Part shown: piece after piece, positions 31,401 to 43,400 of the stretch
Position numbering within the stretch: the first letter of the stretch is position 1
Layout of the letters: each line of letters starts with the position of its first letter
DNA from: Candidatus Omnitrophota bacterium
GTDB lineage: Bacteria; Omnitrophota; Gorgyraeia; B26-G9; JBDRCZ01
Direction: 5' to 3'
DNA length: 64,000 nucleotides
NCBI GenBank assembly: GCA_043821285.1
Contig: JBDRCZ010000027.1
Location: 18,988-82,987 of the forward strand
Position numbers and translations under genes: made by a program
Notes under the pieces: generated by a model
What the model was told of the DNA's origin: nothing
The model's input: the letters and a program-made list of their open reading frames with translations, nothing else
Database searches by the model: none

Positions 31401-34400
31401 GATAACCCAATTACCGGACAAAAAGGGTTAATTAGTAGATTTAAGGATAAATTAACAGAGCTTAATGGATGGATAACTGATATTACAACAATAGAACTGC
31501 CAAAATATGATGTTTTTATTACAAATTTTAATGCAGCATTACAGAAGTTTAATAATTGGCTTAAGGATTTTGATGCTGGGGCAGCAAAAGAACAGGCAGC
31601 AAAAACACAACTTGAACAGGCAAAGCTTAGATATGGAAATCCGAGTCCTCCAGCAAATCCTACGGATTCGAATTTAGTAAACCAAGGCTGGATACCCGCG
31701 TTATATTATGACCAATGGTGGGTGGGAGTAAAAAAAGGTGTGGCAGAAGGAGCACAGAGTAGAGCACAAGCTGAGCTGGCTAAGGCAGAGGAAGGAGTTG
31801 TTCAAGCAGAAGAATTACTGCAGAGTTTAAGGGCTGGATTAGACGAAGTGCGGAAATTACCAGACACAATTAAAGTACCAGCAACACCAACAGTAACCCC
31901 AACAATAACTCCGACAGCAACAGTGACAGTAACGCCAAGTCCGACAACAACAGCAACGCCTTTACCAACTGGAACACCGAGTCCTGCGGCAACAGTAACG
32001 CCGGTAACAAGCCCAACAGGCACACCAATAGCAACGCCATCGCCAGCACCGACGTCGGAACCAACCACAGCGCCAGCAACGCCATCGCCAGCATCGACAA
32101 CAGAGCCAGCCCCGGCAGCACAATCACAAGGTGATACAACTACTGAAACAACTACTACTGTGCAATTAAACATTGGGTCCTTAAATATTAGTTTTGCCAG
32201 AATATTTGGGCAGAGAGGAGCAAGTACTGGTTCTGCGGGATTTAGTATTGGACCGTATGGTTCAGGCGGACTTGCTTGTGTAGGGTTAAGTGTTATGGGC
32301 GTGCTAAGGACCGCGGATATACCAGATGACACAACTCCTGATACTGCTGCAACAACCAGTGATACAGACACAACAGATGCAACAGATACGACTACACCAG
32401 ATGGGACCACAGATGTATCACCGGAAGATACAGCACCAGTTATGATGGATATTTTGAATGCAGAAAAGATAGATAAAGTTGCATTCTTTGAGGCAATGGT
32501 GAAGGTTGCTGAGTTTGGGGGCGCGACGTTTATACAAAGAGGGGGAGAAGAAGATATTGTTATTGTAAAAGATGTAGATGGAACTGTGTTATATGAAAAT
32601 AGTTATAAAGAATGGATGGGACATGTTGGTAGTGGTCATGTTTTTGTAGGGGTGTCCGGGGCGAAGGCTTATCGGGAGGCTGTAACAAGAGGCGGCTATT
32701 CTGAGATAACTGAGAATAATGGGGTAAGAAAGATAACATATTCTACGGTTCAAAACGGGTACACGGAATTACTTGGTAGTGGCGCAACAGCAGAATCGCG
32801 TACTTCTCCCACAAAAAGATATATGGAGGTAAATGTACATGGGGCAACGGTGTTAGCACAGATGCTTACTGTGGGCGGGTATATGCAAAAAGATTATAAT
32901 GGCAATCCGGATATTGTAGCCGTGCATTTGTCCCGGGCAGTAGAGATTGATGGAATAACTTCGGACATCTTTTTTGTTACGCCAGTAGCAACAGCTCCTC
33001 CTGGTGACCCGGGAGATCCTTATTCAGCAGTTTATCCGGATATGACCCCGGGAATAGAGGGAACAAATAATGTGCTTAATGCCATGAAAGGGAGTTATTC
33101 ATTTGAGGTACAGGGAGACTGGACGGTTTGGACGAGTGTAGATGTAAATACAGGAGTTGTTACACAATTCCGGACACCAGCAATGCCGCAAACCACAGGG
33201 CATGATTTTCCCCAGACAGGGGGATTAGCAGGTGTAGATGCTTTACTTAATGCGATTGGGGATGAAACAACTAATCGGCATTCTTATTCATTTGAGGTGG
33301 AAGAAAACAGGATTGTTTTAACCGTGGTTAATGTTGATACCGGAGAGATAACCACTTCCTATCTTACGAAGGCTGCGGATGGAACCCCAATAGGTATTGA
33401 TATTGATGATAAAGGCGGAGTTGCGGCCCGGTCGCGGATTAAAAAGGCATTAGAAAATAGTTATGCAATAGAAATTCAAAATGTAAACGGTAAACTCCGG
33501 GCATATTGGACGGTAGTGGATGTAGATACAGGAAAGGTTATTGATGATTTTTATACTGCGGCAAGCAGTACGATTACTCCTGGTTGGGATTTTCCCTTAA
33601 CCGGCGGGAAGGCAGGTATTACAAAAATCATCGCAGCATTGAATGGCAGTTATTGTATCCTTGATTCAAATAATGGCGTGACTAAATGGTTAGTTGTAGA
33701 TGTGACAACCGGGGCAAAGCAGTATTTTTATACAGCAACTACTGGAGATAAGCCGGTTCCGGGGTATGATATCCCGGATATCGGCGGTAAGCAAGGTTTA
33801 GACTTGATTGTTACCCGGGCATTGTCTAAGCAATATGAGATTGTATTACAGACAGATAAAGAAGTAGCACAATGGAAAATTTATAATATTGCTACCGGGG
33901 AAGAAATTATCGGGCAGGGCTTTTTCACTGCGGCTAATCCGAACAGTCCTGCTGCGGCTGGTGGTATGATATATGCAGTAGATGAAGATTCGAAATATAA
34001 CTTTGATAAACAAGGGGGAAGAGAGGACTTAAAAAATGTAATCTTTGCCTTAGAACATAGTTATATATTTAAAGATTTAGGTGATGGCCGAATAGAATGG
34101 ACCGTGGTTTCAGATGAGGCAGACGGCACATACAAGGTAACGAAATTCTTTACCCGGAAGATAGATAATATTATCCCGGAATATAAATTGGATACGGTCG
34201 GGGGATTAAAGGCGATAGAGTTAATACTCCAGGCGTTAAATTCAAGTTATAAAATTGTTAAGACAGAAAATGGGGTTACGGAATGGCTGATGGTGGATGT
34301 GAAAACCGGTGAGGTAAAATGGTTTCATACTGTGGCGGTGGATAAGATTCTGCCGGGATTTGATATCCCAAAAGTTGGAGGTATTGAGGCCGTAAAAATG

Positions 34401-37400
34401 ATAACCAAAGGTTTAAATAGTGCCTATCGGATATTAGGGGAAGTTAATGGGGTGACGAACTGGGTGATTGTTGATCCGGAAGTACCCCCGGATAAGGGAG
34501 GACTAGAATATTTCTATACCGTTGCCTTAACTGAAGCAGAAACAGATGAATATCCCGAGTTTAAGGTGTCAAAGGTCGGGGGCAAAAAATTAGCCCAGCA
34601 GTGGCGAGATTATGCCTTGCCCGGTACCTATAAGATTGGCGAACGTATTGGTCCTGAAGCTCCGCTTACAAATCAAAATGTCGTGCGTTTTGACGGCGGG
34701 ATGGCAACAATAGTAAGGGTTATTGATACGTATACCGGTGCGGTTAAGCATGTATTTTTTTCGCCCTATATGACCCCGGAAGAAGTAGAAGAGCTAAAGC
34801 AAAAAGATCCGACCTTTGTTTTTGATATGACCGGCGGAAAAGAACTGTATGAGCGGCTGTATAATAGCCAGGCAATGGCATTAGGGTTTAGCTTTGGCCT
34901 AACGCGGGACGAAGGCGGGGTAACTGTGAGTCAACAGTTAATTATCTTTGACCCGGATAGCGAGGCAATATCAAATAGTCTTTATGTGCCATTTATGACG
35001 GAAGCAGAATGGAGCCAAAACCCGAGCACGCGGTTAGATATAACCGGCGGGATAAAACTGCTGCAAAGAATAAAATTAGCTATGGAGAATGCGTATAAGA
35101 TTGGTGAACAGATTACCGTAACAAAAGATGGGGTTAATTTAACACTACAGATTGTGCGGGTCTGGGACCCGCATACTGGGGAGGCGGTAAAAGACCCGCT
35201 TACCGGAGAAATGATTGACCATTTTTACATGCCGGTAATCCCGGAAGAATTACTGGATATTATTTTTGAAGGCCGTGAAGAAGAAAGAAAGGAATTTGAA
35301 GAAAGTAAAACATTAGACTTAGCCAGCGGATATAAGCTGATTGAAGAGATTATAATAAAGGAGATGTTAGAGGGGGTTTATCGCTTAGGCGAGCAGTCAA
35401 AAGAAAAGTCGCATTTAATGGACGTGTATTTGATTGACCCAGATAAACTGGACATAGATACAAAATATGTGCCGTTTCTTAGTGAAGCAGAACGTGCTCA
35501 GGTACCAGAGGATGACCTTCTGGCGCAGCTGTTAAGTAAGGTAGATTTAGTCGGCGGCTTAGGATTAAATGAGAAAGACCGGGAATTGCTTAAAGGTACC
35601 TATAGAATCGTGGGGCGCCTTAGTGAAGAGGAAGGGACTCCCGAGAAATGGGGGGGTGTTGTGCATATCTATAATCCGAAAACAGGTGAAGTTACCGAGG
35701 AATACCGGCCGTATCTTACACCAGATGAGGTAGCTTTAAATCCAGATTTTGCCATACCGAATGTTGGCGGAATAGAGTCATTAGAAAATTGGCGCAGTGG
35801 GATTATTGATGGGTATCTTTTACGGCCTACGCCAATTGAAGTAAAGGGAGAGAGAAAAAATAGTTTTCTGGTCAGGATAGATACGATTGATATTGAGACG
35901 GGTGAAAGAGATCAATTTTTTGTTTCTTATATGACACCAGAAGAATTAGAAAAAGAATTAGAATTTAAGCCGCCGTTTAGTGTTAGTTCGAGATTTCTTA
36001 GAGAGGTTAGAAATTCTTTAGACACCGGCGGATTTTATCTTAGGGACCGGGATGAAACCGATGAAGTGGTTGAGTATTTAGTTTTTGACGGGGAAGGTAA
36101 TGCTGCTCGAGAACTGCACGTTTTTGAGATTCCTGAGGAATATCAGCGTATTAAAATACCCAAAGCCACTGCGGGCAGGGGAAATTTTGAACTTTTCAAG
36201 CGCGTATTAAGAGAAGGCGGATTTGGGAAGAGAGTAAGTGAGGAACGCCTGGCCCTTTATAGTGTGGCGAATGGCCATGAGGAATTAATTGGTCATATCC
36301 CGTATATATTTGGGGATAAAGAAATAGCAAAGGGGTTTGAAAAATTAGAAATTGGTGAGACTGTGGCTTTCCCGGGTGTAGACGGGGCGCAGTTTATGTT
36401 GGATATGATTACTGGATACGGCGGGTATATAAAGAGAATTAGTGAAAACGTAGTAGAGATGGGTAATACTAATGGTGAAATAAAATATGCCCCATATACC
36501 GAAGAAGAAGGTGAGCCGGGCATGGAAATTGGCGAATGGGTGCCGATAACCGGTAAAAAGGCCGCTGAACTAATGGACTATTTGGCCACAGATAGTAATG
36601 GCGGCAGGATCACAAGAATTGATGAATATTTTTCAGAGGTTAAGGTATTTTATGAAGACCGGACAGATAGATTTGTAGTTCCGTACGTACCACTTAAGTA
36701 TCGTTCTGAGCATGAATGGGATGAATTAAAGCAGAGGATGCAGGAACAATTTGGCTTAAACGAAGAAGAGATGCAGCAAATCGAAGGGGTAATAAAGGAA
36801 CTTAAGGCAGAAGAACTTAATATTGGGGAGTATGTTTCCATATTTAGTCTGAAAAATGCTGAAACTTGGCGCCAGGTGAATGAAGAAAGCGGTTATTTTG
36901 TCCGGGATGGGGATATTGTCCGGATATATAATTTAAAGAGCGAATTAATCGGCATTGCCCCTTACCAGAATATTGCGGAATTATTGCGGCAGCAGAAACA
37001 AAAAGAAGGGGAAGAGCCGGAAGAACTAAAGGAATTAGCAGATGGAGACTGGGTGCCGATATTTACCGCGGAGCAGGCCGAGGCAATTATTAAATTAACC
37101 AGAGAAGGCGGCCGGGTAAAACGCTTAAGTGCTTATATAGTTGAGCTGCAGGATGAGTATGGGAACCACCTAATGCTCGCACCATTTGAAAACCCCAAAT
37201 TTAGAAAACCAGGAAGACTAGAACAGCCGACACTGCCGGTAGGCAGGAGTATTGGCGTGGGCGGGGCAAAACTTCCGCGCATGTACAGTGAGCCAACAAG
37301 AGATGGTGAAGGCAATTATATATATGAGGTAACAGATTTAATCGGGAATAAATGGACCGAGGTATGGAATAAAAATGCCGAGACAATAATAATAATCCGC

Positions 37401-40400
37401 GAGGGCAAAGTAACTCAAACCTTGGCATTCCTTGGCGATGCTGTAGATATACCCGCGAAAACTTTAACCATTGATGTAGATGGCAGTAAAATCCTAAAAG
37501 AATATGACCATGAGAGATCCCGAGAGAGTGGGATGCGGGTATATAAGGTTACAGAGCTGAATGATGAGGCAATGCCGGAGGATGATATTATTACTTATGA
37601 ATATTTTAATATTACCGGACAACTCGTGAAGACCGAAGGTCTCACCATGGACACAATAAATCATGAATTTTTAAAAGACGGCCAGACGGATGTTGCGAAA
37701 AGCGGAGAAAAGAGGAATAAAAAAGGCGAACTTGAAGAGACATTTGAATTTGCCTGGCGGGTTTATATGGGGGAAGATAGTGAAGGGAATAAGATTTATG
37801 ATAATGTTTATAAGGTTACGGAAGTAAATGATGAGGAGACAACAGAAGATGATGTTATTAAATATGTGCAGTATGACAGCCGGGGTGAGGCGCGTGCTAC
37901 TTATTATCTTGGTACCGAAGTAGTAAATGGAACAACAGTAGATGGTACGGTAGTCATTGACACGGGTGCGTCTACAGACATACTTTCTCCAGAGATACAG
38001 AAGAGATTAAAAGAGAGAATAAGAAAGAGAATAGTAGAAAGATACAAAAATGAGTTTGTTGATAGCTATATAGCAGAGCATGACTTGACCAGAGAAAATT
38101 TTATTAAACTATTAGATGCGAACATTGTTGAAAGGCTGAAGCTGGGGGTGGTTGATAATCCGGGATTTAGAGAAGAGTTTGAACAGGAAATTAATGCATA
38201 CTTAAAATCTGTACAACAACAAATCGAAGACGAAGTTGCGGCAACATATGATAAGACATATAAAGATAAGTCCTTAAAGCCGATTTACTATTTTAAATGG
38301 AATGAGGAAAATAAGGGGGTTGATATTTTAGAGGGATTAGGGACTAAGGGTTTTGTTATTGACTCTGGGGTGCGGGTGTTTAGTATTGAAGATAAACATG
38401 TGCCGTTTGCCTTAATTCAGGAAATAGATAATCTTGGTGATGTGACCCGGGAATTCGGTATTGTTGACGGCAAGGAACAGTTTAAGATAAGATTTGGCGA
38501 GGGATTATTTATTGTTTCACAAGAAATTTTACAGGCATTAGAAGAAACAGAAGAAAGAGGAGCAGCTTATACCGCAAAATTAGAGCAGAGTAGATTTATT
38601 GCCAAACAGCGGGTATCTGAGTCACAGGAAATACAATATGATGCCCTGCCGAATGAATGGAAAGAAAAGGTAGATAAGATTATTGCGGATTTAAAAGAAC
38701 AGGGATTTATTCCCCCTGACCCGCAGAAGCTTACCTGGATGGAAATCCGGACTATTAACCCGGAAAAACCGGATGATGTATTAGTTACTTCTTATCAGGC
38801 ATTTAGCAAAAAAGATACCCCAGTAATTAAGATTGGGGGGCAGTATTTTAAATATGAAGGAGATAAACAGGCGAAATATGAGAGTCTGATTGATATTGAG
38901 GTTGGGTATGAGGATAAACTTTTGAGTTTGCGTTTTGATTTAGATTTAGTTGATGAGAATTTTAACTGGCGGAAAAGATTAGAGGCATTAAGCTATCACA
39001 TTACCCCGCATGAAGAGGTAATCATTGACCTCTATAGTTCGTTATTGTTTAAGGATTTTAGAAATAAGACGGATGGGTTCTGGGAACAAAGAAAACACTT
39101 GATTAAAGACGGGTTCTTTAATTATGACATTGACTGGATGTTAAACAATTTAAAGGATATTGCCCGGCTAAAAGCAGAAAGAACGGAAACATTTAATTAT
39201 GACACTTATAAATACGATATTACGCTGCTGATGGCATTAGAGGTTCCCGCGGCCCCGGTAACCTACATGCATATTACTAATGATAAAGGCGAAGATGTTA
39301 TTATTGGTAAAGCAGAATTAAATGACATAGATTTTACCCGGCGCTTAATTAAATCCACGAACATGATCAGTTTTTACCGCGATGAAGCCGGGAAGAAAAA
39401 AGCCGCAGATATTCCGTATATTTCCATGCGTGATTTTAAGGGCAATGTAGGGGTGCAATTTTACTTAACTGACGAAGGACCGGTGTTAGGGATTTACTCC
39501 TGGGATTTTGATAAACACGGTATTAGTGATAAATCAATGACCGTATTTAAAACTACTGAGGGCTGGCAGCTATTAGAATCAGCATTTTATGAAGGCGTTG
39601 CGAGCATGCCGCTTAAAGGGTTAGATGAAACAGAAAGTATGGAACGGGTATTCTTTTTTAATGGGATTAGATTTGCGGAAAATATTGGGTTTGAGGTTAA
39701 TGAAAATGATTTATATATTGAACCGAGCAAGCTGCAAGAAACACTTGTCGCCGTATTAGCGGACCCGGTAAATATATTAGACAGGCATAAGATTGGGAAA
39801 AACGGTGAAGGTAAATTAGCTTTAAGATTAGACGGTTATAAATTAGATGACTATGGAAAGGCAATGGGTGATCCTAAATATGTTGCCTTTGTGCTCTACA
39901 AAAAAGGAGCGCTGATTAGTGCGACCGAGGCCGGGCCTTTACATTTTGGATTTGGTAATGAAAGTTATGTTTATTTGTACGATCCGGGTAAAGGATTTGA
40001 TTTGCCTGAAGAGCAGGATGTGCTTAAAGGACTTAATGCTGCGAAGTATAGCGAGCTTAGCTGGAATGCGCAAGTTCAGAAATGGTTAGGCTATGATATG
40101 AATAGTTGGGAAGAGAGCAATTGGGTTGCGCATGCATGGAATCCCCGGGTAGAAAGCTTTGAAAAAGCCGGGACGATTAAACCGGAAACCTGGGCACGTT
40201 ATCCAGGAAAAGAAAAGACCGGTATTTTTTACGATGTTATAGACCATCGTGCGGGTAAAGAAGGTCTTTATATGAACGCACACCTTATCTCCAGTGGTGT
40301 GCTGGTTATTGAGGCATATGAAAGAGTGGACTCTGAATTTATGCCGGATGCTTTCAATATACGCCGGGTTCCACAATTAGTTATTTATGACCCCAACTCC

Positions 40401-43400
40401 GCACATATCCAAAAGCCAATAATAAGTATAGAACAAACAAGCGGGAACTCGTTAGCAGAATTTGAGGTTTCAGAACCAATACTGGTAAAAGAAGGAGATG
40501 GATACATTTGGGTTGTGAGGATAACTGTTAATGGATATGAACCATTTGATCTATTTAAAATTGTGCAGAAAACAGAATATAGATATGTTGCCATAAACAC
40601 CGGTACCTCACACGGACCAGTACTGATTAATAATCAACACCTGTCTGCTCCAGCAGATGAGCCAGATACTAGTGCTGCTGTTGTTCCAATGTTTGTTAAT
40701 CCAGTGCCAGATTTGGCAACGTATGAAATTTGGGATTTTGAGGAACACGAAGGCCATGGGATTGATATCCCAGTCGTAGCAGGAACACCAGTATATGCAA
40801 TAGCAGACGGTGAGGTAATATTTTCTGGTGAGGATCCAAATGGTAAGAAGGGCTATGCGGTAATTTATGTAACAGAAATTCCAGATGATAAAGGACAGAT
40901 GGAAAAATATGCCGTAGTAAATGGGCATTTAGATGAACACGGGCGCATTGAAGAAGGACAGCAGATTTTTGCTGGTGATACGATTATCGGCAAATCCAAT
41001 GGAGCAAAATATCAGCCGGGAGTCACGCAAGATAGTACTGGACCACATTTACATTTGGGGATGTGGCGTATTACAGGTTTAGAACATTATTCTAATCAAG
41101 AGATTGTCAAAGCGATTTTACATTATAATAGAAAGAGTTCTATAGATCGACAAATAGTTCCAAAAAGGCGGGTAGATCCAGAAAAAGTTTTAGCAGATGC
41201 CGGGGCAGTTGATATCAAAGAACGGGAAAAAGCAGTAGCATTAGCAGCAGCGCAATCCTCACAAAAGACCCCAACACCAACTCCGCAAAGAATCGCTTAC
41301 GCATATGCCGTTAATGGTTTGCCAGTGACACTGTCAGAGTTTTATCTTCATCAACAGACTGGCGGAGCAGCTGCACAAGAAACCCTGCAACAAGCTGATT
41401 TATCTTCAGAACAGAAAAATGGTACGGATAATAGAGCATTATACTCTCAAAATAGAGCCGAAAATAAAACAGAGAATGCAAATAATGATAAGAGAAATTT
41501 TGTTATGATCATCGCGGCATTTTTAGGTTCAAGGCTTATTATGCAATGCATCTACTGGGGGATCCGGTATTTTGGTCTGCTGCCGAAGCTCAGGAAGACA
41601 GAAGAAGAAAAATTGATATACAATCCCAAAAATCCGATGGCAGAAAGAAGACGGGCAGAAAAATTACTCTGGACCAAGCCGGCCTTTAGCACGTACAGGA
41701 TTAGTCCGGAAAATGCAAATCAGGTCATCCATGAATTAAGAGAGAAACAGGCAGCAGAACAAGCAGGGCAGGCGGAACCCGAAGATACAATAGTGGTAAT
41801 AATTGAAGCTGATGACGAGACTATAATCTATAATCTTACTCCGGCGGAAGCTGATGAACTGGGACGCGCGTTATCGGGAAATGTAGTATCTGAGGAGAAG
41901 GCCGGTATAAATATAAAGATTGAAGTGGAAAACTATACCTATTCTGAAGGCCCGCTTGAGGGGAATTGTAAGGAACAGCTGCGGCACCTTTATTATTTTA
42001 TTATGGAATGGCGAAGATTAGAAAATGAGTGGGCGGAAGATGACGAGCACTTGCTTGGCGGGACAGATGAGTGGCTTAATGGTCTGGATGTGTTTTCTAA
42101 TCTGCTTTCTTTCTATGTAAGAAGAGTGGTATTTGAAGGGGAAAAAGATAGCCGGATTACAGAAGACAGCAACCATATCTTTGACCGGATGAATAAACAT
42201 CTTGGGGAACTCACAGTATTCGTACGGGAATTACTCCAGGAGTATAAAAATGCGGCAACTGATGAGGAAAGAACAGGGATTAGTGGGACAATAGGGGATG
42301 TGTTAGGAGAAAAAGGGATTAAACCAAGAAAAGCGGAGTTTATTATTCCGGAAAAAAATCTCAGAATTATTCAGCAGTTTATCCAGGACACTATAGATGG
42401 CCGGGACACTGACACTGACACTGACACTGACACTGACACTGACACTGACACTGACACTGACACTGACACTGACACTGACACTGACACTGACACTATTGTA
42501 AGAGAGATGCAAAGCATTATCGGTGAACAGTTGCTTGTAATATCAAGGGATGATACGAAGGTTGAGGTTACAAACAATAATTGGGAAAAGATTGTTGTCT
42601 TAATCAGTAATCAACTCGATGGCGTAGAGGCAGCAGATATAACTGATGTTGTCGAAAAATATAAGTTGTTCAAAAAAAGAGAAGGTTACGACCTTTTGCC
42701 TGTTTTTGCCTGGTTTCTTGACCCGATCCGGCTGCTATTCATGTTTGCGTTTTCAGGATTAGGTATTGCAATCTGGACAAATAATGATTTTATTGGCGGA
42801 CCGACAGTATTACAATTTTTGCCAGAGTTATTTTCCGCGATTTTAGCACTTAATATTTGCGGTGTGCCTTTCTGGCTGCTGGGGCTGGCTGGTGCAGTAC
42901 TTAATTATATTGCAAACAAAGTAAGTGAAAAGGCGCGTTATCCGGGAGAAAATCCGGTTATTTCTTTTTTGCCCCGGATAGTGCCAGTAAGTTGGTTGTT
43001 TGGAAAAGATGTTGTTAAGGGAAGGTATACTTTTGAGATAAAGGAAGGACGCGGATGGGATCCTACGTTCTGGAGGGTAGCATCTTATATTTTTAGAATG
43101 GTGTGTTCTTTAGGCATAACACTAGGTATATGGTTTGTGGTTATTCCTAATCTGATTACCCCGGGACATGATATAATTCAATGGCTCATCGCCGGAATAG
43201 TTTCCCTTATCGCATTGTTAGACTTTTTTGGCTTATTTTTTATTTTAGTAAATAATGCCTTATTTGAAGGGATACAGGAGGCAGTTGAATCCAATAATAC
43301 CAGTAGACAAATGCAGCAAGATCAGGGTATAGCTAATAGAATACGCGGATTGTTTATGAGTATCCTTAGGTTAATACCTATGCGTGGGCTTAGATTTCTT

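Noticed and set aside
31802-32410. 202-aa and 89-aa minus-strand ORFs antisense to the giant gene
   Set aside because: They lie entirely within the Thr/Pro low-complexity linker. Antisense ORFs in a repetitive ACN/CCN-rich coding region stay open by composition alone. Neither has an RBS or a recognisable motif.
42405-42494. Possible CRISPR array at the hexamer repeat
   Set aside because: The units are 6 bp with no spacers, and they translate in frame as (DT)15 within a long ORF. This is a microsatellite, not a CRISPR array.
42303-42577. Minus-strand ORFs encoding (SV)n
   Set aside because: These are simply the reverse complement of the (GACACT)15 microsatellite inside the giant CDS.
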